Positions 18,850 to 25,961 of a DNA stretch of 32,000 nucleotides are shown one piece after another. The notes beneath the pieces are model-generated. The model saw only the letters and a list, made by a program, of their open reading frames with translations, searched no databases and had not been told where the DNA came from. This DNA is from Alkanindiges sp. WGS2144 (GTDB lineage Bacteria; Pseudomonadota; Gammaproteobacteria; Pseudomonadales; Moraxellaceae), in assembly GCF_043950625.1 (NCBI RefSeq), contig NZ_CP171007.1; one strand, written 5' to 3'. The translations under genes were made by a program, and so were the position numbers. The number at the start of each line of letters is the position of its first letter. Position 1 is the first letter of the stretch.

Positions 18850-18972
18850 GCAAGAAGGATAGTACGAAACACACTTTTGCCTATCCAGCCTCATACCGTC
18901 TTGCACTGACCTCCTTGCTTGCACTTTTCCCAGCTTAATGTAGGCAACTTATAGAATATTGGAGTTTTACTA

Positions 18973-20586
18973 ATGTCTCATCAGTCCGAGCTGATTAGCC
19001 AGGATATTTTGGCGTATTTGAAGCAACATGAACAAAAAGACCTGCTCCGCTTTTTAACCTGCGGTAATGTCGACGATGGCAAAAGCACATTAATTGGTCG
19101 CCTGCTATATGATTCAAAAATGATTTATGAAGATCATTTGCAAGCTGTTACCCGCGACAGTAAAAAAGTAGGCACCACAGGTGATGCACCTGACTTGGCA
19201 TTACTGGTAGATGGCCTACAAGCAGAGCGTGAGCAAGGCATTACTATTGACGTGGCCTATCGCTATTTTTCAACCGAAAAGCGCAAGTTTATTATTGCCG
19301 ATACCCCAGGGCATGAACAATATACGCGTAATATGGCAACAGGTGCGTCCACGTGTGACTTAGCCATTATTTTGATTGATGCACGACATGGCGTACAAAC
19401 TCAAACACGTCGTCACAGTTATATTGCAGCGCTACTGGGCATTAAGCATTTAGTCATTGCTGTCAATAAAATGGACTTGGTGGAATATTCCGAAAACCGT
19501 TTTAATGAAATTCAAGCGGATTACTTAGAATTTACCAAGCAGTTGGGCGAACGCGTGCCGACTGATATTCGCTTTGTGCCAATGTCTGCGCTAAATGGCG
19601 ATAACGTGGTTAATGTTTCAGAGCATACCCCTTGGTATCAGGGTCAAACCTTGATGAGCATTTTAGAGAGCGTGCAAATTAACCGCGACACCAGCAAAAA
19701 AGACTTCCGCTTTCCTGTGCAATACGTCAATCGTCCGCATCTCGATTTCCGTGGTTTTGCAGGCACTATTGCCCTTGGTAGCGTACGCCCTGGTGATGAA
19801 ATTGTGGCTTTGCCTTCTGGTAAGCGTAGTCGCGTCAAAGATATCGTCACCTATGATGGTAACCTGGAACAAGCCGTTGCTGGCCAAGCCGTGACCTTAA
19901 CACTAACTGATGAAATTGATATCAGCCGCGGTAACATGATCACCCGTGCAGAAGCGCTGCCACAAATTTCACAGGCAATACGCGCTACAGTGGTGTGGAT
20001 GACCGAGCAACCACTGATTAAAGGTAAGCTATATAACATCAAGGTTGGCACGCAAAACGTCCCTGCAGTAGTTAGCCAAATTAACTATCGCATCGATGTA
20101 AACAGCCTGGAGCGTAATACAGCAGAACAGGTCGAGCTTAATGGTATTGCCGATGTAGTGATTGAATTTAATGCGCCTATTGTGTTTGACCGCTATTTAG
20201 ATAGCCGTCATACAGGTGCGTTTATTTTTATTGACCGCTTGAGCAACGTGACCATTGGCGCAGGTATGATTGAAGAGTGCGTGCAGCAATCTAATCAGCA
20301 GCATGCTGTTACGAGTGAAGAACGTGCAGCTCGGTTGGGTCAAAAGCCTGCGGTATTAGGTTTACCTGAGCAACTAATGCAGCAAGGTGAAGCCCTAGAG
20401 CGCCTATTGTTAAAAGCTGGGATTGTGGCTCTGATTAAGCCAAATTTAACTGATGCTGAGATTGCATTATTGCGTAGTACAGGTATTGCTGTGCTGGTTG
20501 GTGAGCAAGCTCAGGCTGATTCTCGTGTGACTGCAACTGGTATTGAACAAGCTGTTGAGCAAATTGTAGAGTTTGTAAGGCTTTAA
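18973..20586 (+). CDS. cysN: Sulfate adenylyltransferase subunit 1 (GTPase) with a roughly 90-aa C-terminal tail resembling a P-loop-less APS kinase N-terminus
   Basis: [34 protein letters not shown] and NKMD are the G1, G3 and G4 motifs. The protein is colinear with E. coli CysN up to about residue 440. After that comes the tail [24 protein letters not shown]... Confidence 0.93.
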   Translation: MSHQSELISQDILAYLKQHEQKDLLRFLTCGNVDDGKSTLIGRLLYDSKMIYEDHLQAVTRDSKKVGTTGDAPDLALLVDGLQAEREQGITIDVAYRYFSTEKRKFIIADTPGHEQYTRNMATGASTCDLAIILIDARHGVQTQTRRHSYIAALLGIKHLVIAVNKMDLVEYSENRFNEIQADYLEFTKQLGERVPTDIRFVPMSALNGDNVVNVSEHTPWYQGQTLMSILESVQINRDTSKKDFRFPVQYVNRPHLDFRGFAGTIALGSVRPGDEIVALPSGKRSRVKDIVTYDGNLEQAVAGQAVTLTLTDEIDISRGNMITRAEALPQISQAIRATVVWMTEQPLIKGKLYNIKVGTQNVPAVVSQINYRIDVNSLERNTAEQVELNGIADVVIEFNAPIVFDRYLDSRHTGAFIFIDRLSNVTIGAGMIEECVQQSNQQHAVTSEERAARLGQKPAVLGLPEQLMQQGEALERLLLKAGIVALIKPNLTDAEIALLRSTGIAVLVGEQAQADSRVTATGIEQAVEQIVEFVRL

Positions 20587-20591
20587 TTGAA

Positions 20592-20645
20592 GACAAAACC
20601 TCCTTGTAAACTGGATAAAATTTTCCAGCTTGCAAGGGGGGTTTT
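20592..20645 (+). terminator. Probable cysN terminator (imperfect long hairpin)
   Basis: AAAACCTCCTTGTAAACTGGA pairs imperfectly with TCCAGCTTGCAAGGGGGGTTTT, mainly through CTGGA/TCCAG and CCTTG/CAAGG, and ends in TTTT. Confidence 0.45.
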
Positions 20646-20673
20646 AACATACCGCAGCTCGCATCAATACTTC

Positions 20674-20826
20674 CTAATAGGTTTCCTGACGGAAATGACC
20701 ATGATATCGGTATTCTCTACGACCACCAATTTGACTAATTACATATATAGAAAAAATTGGTTCAGTATTGAAATAGCGGATTAACCATAATGCGCCCATT
20801 ACATCCTGAATATGATGAGAAGTCAT
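20674..20826 (-). CDS. Possible small ORF (50 aa), unknown
   Basis: Translation from the ATG at 20826 is MTSHHIQDVMGALWLIRYFNTEPIFSIYVISQIGGRREYRYHGHFRQETY. It is below the ORF-track cut-off, I see no SD, and I recognise nothing in it. Confidence 0.15.
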   Translation of the reverse strand: MTSHHIQDVMGALWLIRYFNTEPIFSIYVISQIGGRREYRYHGHFRQETY

Positions 20827-21032
20827 AAATTTATGTAAAAATTAGATTATAAGATACCCATTTTGCTCAAAAATGATTAGTCATGCAATATATTAATTAT
20901 TTTTCATGGGTTTTGCATAAAAATCATTAAAGGCAAATAGGATGAATTAGTGTCTGTTTTTGCTAAACACTAAGCTGGTCAAGTCATACATATACATCAA
21001 TATTGTGTTAACCCGCTTATAAATATCCTCCT

Positions 21033-21147
21033 GATCAACAACACACTGTAACCAGCGAAGAATGTGCAGCAAGGTGAAATTTTAGAGCGTCTATTATTGC
21101 AAGCTAGTATTGTTTCTATTGCCTTTACTAAACTATCTGCGCGTTAA
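21033..21147 (+). pseudogene. Diverged, frameshifted remnant of a cysN 3' end
   Basis: By hand alignment, 21033-21070 matches 20293-20330 at 29/38 nt and 21071-21119 matches 20384-20432 at 36/49 nt. A 53-nt gap, bounded by a TGCAGC direct repeat, separates the two blocks. Translations are QQHTVTSEECAAR* and, in the other frame, GEILERLLLQASIVSIAFTKLSAR*. The intact CysN has [12 protein letters not shown] and [18 protein letters not shown]. Confidence 0.75.
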
Positions 21148-21278
21148 ATTACCCTACTCTACAATACTTTTACTACCATGCCAGCGATAACCAAGCTTAG
21201 ACTGGCTCTTTTGTTAGTGCAAAAAATACTTAAAAACTCTGCAAACAGATTTTAAGATTTGTTAGGTCATAAATATAA

Positions 21279-21303
21279 TAAAAAGCGGCTTAAGCCGCTT
21301 TTC
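21279..21303 (-). terminator. Terminator of the four-gene operon
   Basis: Perfect 16-nt palindrome AGCGGCTTAAGCCGCT (21284-21299). On the minus strand a T-run follows it (the A5 at 21279-21283), about 15 nt after the stop of the last gene. Confidence 0.8.
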
Positions 21304-21317
21304 TATTAACTAAATTC

Positions 21318-22790
21318 TTAACAGAACGTTAAGCCACCATAGCAGTTAGGCCTTACTTCCTGATTTTTTAGTTGTTGATTTTCCAATGTGATTCTGGCTG
21401 GATTGGCTAAAGTATAATCATTTAGATCAATAATAATTTGTTTAGTGATAGGATTATTAGCAACGGCGCCTAAAGCCTCACCAAAGTCCACATAAATTCT
21501 GTTTTCCTCTTTCATCAGATCTTGAGTTATTAACGCTGCAACCTGAGGTAGAACTGAACTAATATCAACCTCATTACTTGCTTGCAGATAGCCTAATTGC
21601 ACAGGCTCAGCAAAAGACATCCACCATCCCTTTTGCGCTACATCGCTTTGAGTCATTTGGGTAATATTAGTTTTACTATTATCAGCAGCATCTACGTAAG
21701 CCCCTGGCCATAATAAAGCTTGTTGCTGTAAAGATAGATAGCCACCTGTACCAGTTAAAGGGATATTATGAATCATACTTAAAGCCTGCTCAAAAGTAAT
21801 ATTCATATTTAAATTAGTAATTTTCGAGCCTGTTCCCATTTTAAAAGTAGCTTCATCTACAATGCAAACGATAATTTTTACGCATGGGTCCACAGCAACT
21901 TGTAATTGATCATTAGCGAACATACTTGCTGCATAATTTGGATTTCCTGCAGCAAGGGGAATTTCACCAATTTTAGTAGTGACATTGTTTGCAACTGCTT
22001 TGGTTTGGCGCTGCCCATTGACCTGAAAAGCTGGTAAATTAAACTCTACATTACTCATGCTAGGAACCGTAATCCCTGTGGTTTTGCTATTGCTAGGTAA
22101 ACTCGTAATTCCACGATTTCCAAATAGGGCAATATCAATTAAGCCACTAATAGCTTGATTTGCAGCCCCTTTACCAAATTTAGTAGCCTGAGTAGTGACA
22201 TCTCCTGTGGTAGCTGCAATACGCATAAAACCACTTAAAGACTGGATACCATCTGTACTTGAAGGAGTAGCACTGTTCAGAAGACCTGCAGTTAATAAGC
22301 CAGTAATTTTTTCAGCGCTTGCTCGAAAACCAACTACCTCTCTAGTGGAAGCCGTCTCAGGGTTTTTAATCGCAAACTCCATAAATGGATTAGTTAGCTT
22401 AGCACTTGTTGAAGGTCTACCATTATTATAAACAGGATTTCCATTTGCATCATAGCTATCTGGCAAGCCACTTAATGACAAATTTTTAATGTCAATATCA
22501 CAGGCACCTGCACCGTTAGTACCGCCACACCCTAATTGCAAGTTTCTAATGTTAGCATTAAGTTCCATTTCTGCTTCCAGACCCAACTTATAAAAACCTA
22601 CATTACCATTGCGGGTATTACCTGTATCGTTAGGTGCAATATAAGACATATTAAATAGTGCTTGACCTGTCTCAGCAGCCATTTCATCATCGGATAAACT
22701 GGTTAGTCCTATTTCAGCATAAGACGTAGCACTGATTGACATCAACATACCTATAGAAGTTGCCAAAGCCATATGTTTAAATTTCATCAT
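21318..22790 (-). CDS. Secreted cluster protein 4 (about 490 aa), unknown function
   Basis: Signal peptide MMKFKHMALATSIGMLMSISATSYA. The mature N-terminus is EIGLTSLSDDEMAAETGQALF. Cys pairs are C-x8-C, C-x5-C and a terminal C-x6-C, with C as the last residue. The ATG at 22790 has AAGGAT 8 nt upstream; the ORF-track extension to 22853 overlaps the upstream gene and is rejected. Confidence 0.85.
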   Translation of the reverse strand: MMKFKHMALATSIGMLMSISATSYAEIGLTSLSDDEMAAETGQALFNMSYIAPNDTGNTRNGNVGFYKLGLEAEMELNANIRNLQLGCGGTNGAGACDIDIKNLSLSGLPDSYDANGNPVYNNGRPSTSAKLTNPFMEFAIKNPETASTREVVGFRASAEKITGLLTAGLLNSATPSSTDGIQSLSGFMRIAATTGDVTTQATKFGKGAANQAISGLIDIALFGNRGITSLPSNSKTTGITVPSMSNVEFNLPAFQVNGQRQTKAVANNVTTKIGEIPLAAGNPNYAASMFANDQLQVAVDPCVKIIVCIVDEATFKMGTGSKITNLNMNITFEQALSMIHNIPLTGTGGYLSLQQQALLWPGAYVDAADNSKTNITQMTQSDVAQKGWWMSFAEPVQLGYLQASNEVDISSVLPQVAALITQDLMKEENRIYVDFGEALGAVANNPITKQIIIDLNDYTLANPARITLENQQLKNQEVRPNCYGGLTFC

Positions 22791-22809
22791 CTTGCTCATC
22801 CTTAGCCGA

Positions 22810-25242
22810 TTAATTACGTGGCACAATGCCGAGTTGACTGGAAATGCGTCCACCAGTAATAACCATTTCGCCTAACCGTTGTGGTGCACCTGTGCTAAAT
22901 GTTGCACCTGATCCTGTACCTGTTTGTACACTGGGATATAAATTAATATCTTTTACTCTAAATACTTCTGCAGGTTGATGATCTGGATTAAATGTAAATT
23001 CTGCATTAAACCCTACTTTACCTTCACCAGGATTAAGCGTTCCTGCTGTAGTAGAGTTCCTGCTAATTGCAATAGAGTTGTTAAAACGTATTTTGCCAAC
23101 AATATTGTCGAAGCCTAATACTGAACCATCTGTAGGTTCACTAATCTGAATCGTATTACCCACAGTGTCAGCAGGCATATTAAAATCACCCACAATGGAT
23201 AACTTTGCACCATCATCAATGTTGTTATTTGGAATCAAGGAGAAGTCCATAGCACCCTGTAAGCGCAATTTTAAACCAAATAATACATCATTATTTGAGG
23301 CAAAGTTAGTATCGCTTACTTTCACACCTGATGAGTTCATTGCACCTGGTAGATACCCAGCAGCTACCTGACCCGCCATAACAATTAAAAGATCAGGTAA
23401 GGACATATTAACTGAACCATTCTCAAAGCCCATGCTGCCTGTACCTTTAAGCAACATGTCAATATTTCGTAAACCTATGTATTGATTGTTTACCGCATCT
23501 ACCACCATAATTGAAGTGGTTTTGCTGCCATCGTCGCTTAGGCCTTGGGCGCTTAATGCTAAAGACAGCCCTAGACGTTGTGTATTACTAACAGTGCTAC
23601 GTACTACATTATTGTTATTATCTAACGCAAAAATCGGTGTATCGCTAGCACTGGTAGTACCCGACAGCGCTAAGTTAGCATTTACATTATAGAAAGGTAG
23701 ACCTAAACCCCACTTATTGTCTGTACCGCCTATAAATGTATGAGCTGGCGAATTTCCAGCGGTAGAGGTAAAGCGGCCACGCTTAGACACTGCCTGAAAA
23801 TCCATGCCGCGGACAGCAAGTACCATAGCATAAGGATTTGTATTGCCAGTTCCCGTATGAATATACTGGGTATAATCATCTGCTGAAGTTACTGTTCCGT
23901 TTGCACCAAACTTTGCAGCATTGAGTGCAGCATTTTGTGGCATTAACAATTGTTTAGTATCAGTCAGGTTAAGGTATACATTGCCACTATCAAAATAAGC
24001 ACGCTGAGAACTCCCTACAACCAATGGTGATAATTCACCAAATTCAAAGCCATAAGTATTATCACCTGCACCGCCAATTTCAAGTGTAGTTGCCTCACCA
24101 CCGCCTGCTAGCATACTATCCCCAGACTTGGTAAATTCAGCGTACATCCTTGCTGCAATCCCTGTGCTTCCAATCACCGTAGCATTATCACCCGATGGCG
24201 TAGGGTTCACTCCTGTGGTGGCCTTGCCTAATATATTACCCATGCTAGAGCCTGCAGGATCAGCTGCCCCTGTTGCATTGACGCCACGCACCTGTAATGA
24301 CGCATTGACTACACGACCATTTGCGCCCACGCGGATCAATCCTTTAGCATTATCCAGACTGTAAGGATCGCCCAATGTCATGTCGGCATCTTTTTTGGTC
24401 ATGAGTTCCAGATTAAGCCCAGAGGTAGTACCATTATAAGTACCTCCAGCTGGCGTACCGACTAACTTAGCTACTCTTGTTAAATCTGCATAACCATAGA
24501 TATTATTTGGAGCTTGATTTAATGAAGCAGGTGTAGCACTTCCCACATTGGTTTGTAATACCAAGCCGCCACTATCAGTAATAAAAATAGCGCCCTTTGC
24601 AGCAAAGTTAAAATTCAAATTTTTAAGAATAAGTTGGTTATTAAGATTAGAGCCAGTGGGCGAGGCATGACTAATATACACATTATTATTGACTAGGCCT
24701 AAATTAATGGTCGCCTGCTTGTTCTGGTTAAACAGGCCGTCACTAGTAACTAGTGAAATTTTACTTGGTGATGTTGACTCTATGGCCAATGAGCCCAATG
24801 AACTACCACAAATTCCAGGTTCTGTATCACAGATATTTAAACTATTTACCGTAATTAAAGATGGGTTGGACTGTAGACTCAATGACAAGCCCGCAGTGCT
24901 GCCATTACTACCAGCATCAAGTTCTAGTACAGTACCTGGTGCTACCCCACTACTGTTTGCTTTAATTACAACGCCATTGGCATTTGCGCGCAGTTCTTTA
25001 TCTACACCTGCGGCATTAGCAACGGTACCTGAACTGCTGCCTGCGTTATCTTGCCAATACAACTGATCCAAGTCCACTTGATCATACTGAACGGTTACTT
25101 GGACGCCGTCCTGCCCATCTATTTTGCGTAGGTCTTGCTCACTCATTTCTTGCAAAGCATACGTTGGCAGATTCAGCAGTATTAAACTACTAGCTAATGC
25201 AGACAAAGCAAAATACCGAGAAGTTACATGTTTAAATGTCAT
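22810..25242 (-). CDS. Secreted cluster protein 3 (810 aa), Gly/Asn/Ser/Thr-rich, unknown function
   Basis: Signal peptide MTFKHVTSRYFALSALASSLILLNLPTYA. The mature N-terminus is LQEMSEQDLRKIDGQDGVQV. A single Cys pair lies in NICDTEPGIC. Few charged residues, and a beta-rich repetitive texture. AGGGA SD upstream. Confidence 0.85.
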   Translation of the reverse strand: MTFKHVTSRYFALSALASSLILLNLPTYALQEMSEQDLRKIDGQDGVQVTVQYDQVDLDQLYWQDNAGSSSGTVANAAGVDKELRANANGVVIKANSSGVAPGTVLELDAGSNGSTAGLSLSLQSNPSLITVNSLNICDTEPGICGSSLGSLAIESTSPSKISLVTSDGLFNQNKQATINLGLVNNNVYISHASPTGSNLNNQLILKNLNFNFAAKGAIFITDSGGLVLQTNVGSATPASLNQAPNNIYGYADLTRVAKLVGTPAGGTYNGTTSGLNLELMTKKDADMTLGDPYSLDNAKGLIRVGANGRVVNASLQVRGVNATGAADPAGSSMGNILGKATTGVNPTPSGDNATVIGSTGIAARMYAEFTKSGDSMLAGGGEATTLEIGGAGDNTYGFEFGELSPLVVGSSQRAYFDSGNVYLNLTDTKQLLMPQNAALNAAKFGANGTVTSADDYTQYIHTGTGNTNPYAMVLAVRGMDFQAVSKRGRFTSTAGNSPAHTFIGGTDNKWGLGLPFYNVNANLALSGTTSASDTPIFALDNNNNVVRSTVSNTQRLGLSLALSAQGLSDDGSKTTSIMVVDAVNNQYIGLRNIDMLLKGTGSMGFENGSVNMSLPDLLIVMAGQVAAGYLPGAMNSSGVKVSDTNFASNNDVLFGLKLRLQGAMDFSLIPNNNIDDGAKLSIVGDFNMPADTVGNTIQISEPTDGSVLGFDNIVGKIRFNNSIAISRNSTTAGTLNPGEGKVGFNAEFTFNPDHQPAEVFRVKDINLYPSVQTGTGSGATFSTGAPQRLGEMVITGGRISSQLGIVPRN

Positions 25243-25267
25243 GATTTTTATCCCTAAACTTGTCTAT

Positions 25268-25951
25268 CTAGCAACGTGGATGCCCAGAGTCACAGCTAAA
25301 GACTTTAATCGTCCCTGCTACAGAAAGGTTACCATTGATATTAAGGCCTGTAAAACCTGTTTCACGGCCAAAATCAAATTGGTTAGTGGTATCGGTATAC
25401 TTACCATTAACATAGGCTGTTGCTCCCGCTCCACCACTGCCCGCAGCTAAATACCCTGGTGTTCCACCTTCGTTAACTTGCTCGTCAGTCTCAATGGATA
25501 GGGCACTAAAACCAAGATTACGTATTTGAATTGGTTTTTTGGGATCAAAACTTAATTGAACGCTCGGTTTAATGATATTGCCATATGCCAGATCAACACC
25601 TTCCAATGCCATTTGCTGGACATTGATAGATCCTTGAATGCCCTTAAATACCAACCATAACTTTTTACCCGTTGCTGATGGAGTACGTACACCATTTAAG
25701 TCATACGTATCTTGAGTCCCATCATGATATCTATTATTAATTGCTAAAGCCAAACGACAGTACTTGAGATCAGCACAGCCTACATCATCAAACACGCCAG
25801 GGGAGGTATGATTTAAACGCAAGTCCAGATTAATATAGGCGCCTGCTTGTCCATCAACTTGCTGCATATCACTATTGGTTAATACCTCTAAAGCTGCATT
25901 TGCAGAAGCTGCAAAGCATAGTAAAGAGGAAACGATGATTAAATTTTTCAT
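25268..25951 (-). CDS. Secreted cluster protein 2 (227 aa), candidate small/major subunit, unknown function
   Basis: Classical signal peptide MKNLIIVSSLLCFAASANA. The mature N-terminus is ALEVLTNSDMQQVDGQAGAY. Cys pairs lie in GCADLKYC and in a terminal CDSGHPRC, with C as the last residue. A GAGGA SD overlaps the upstream stop. Confidence 0.88.
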   Translation of the reverse strand: MKNLIIVSSLLCFAASANAALEVLTNSDMQQVDGQAGAYINLDLRLNHTSPGVFDDVGCADLKYCRLALAINNRYHDGTQDTYDLNGVRTPSATGKKLWLVFKGIQGSINVQQMALEGVDLAYGNIIKPSVQLSFDPKKPIQIRNLGFSALSIETDEQVNEGGTPGYLAAGSGGAGATAYVNGKYTDTTNQFDFGRETGFTGLNINGNLSVAGTIKVFSCDSGHPRC

Positions 25952-25961
25952 TGATTTTTCC

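Noticed and set aside
20435-20784. ORF-track entries 20435-20650 (minus strand) and 20587-20784 (plus strand)
   Set aside because: The first is antisense to the cysN tail and terminator. The second begins with a non-ATG start inside the terminator hairpin. Neither has an SD or any recognisable motif.
22791-22853. 5' extension of the last cluster gene (ORF-track start at 22853)
   Set aside because: It would overlap the 3' end of the 810-aa gene by 44 nt and put 21 non-signal residues in front of a perfect signal peptide. The ATG at 22790 has an AAGGAT SD at good spacing.
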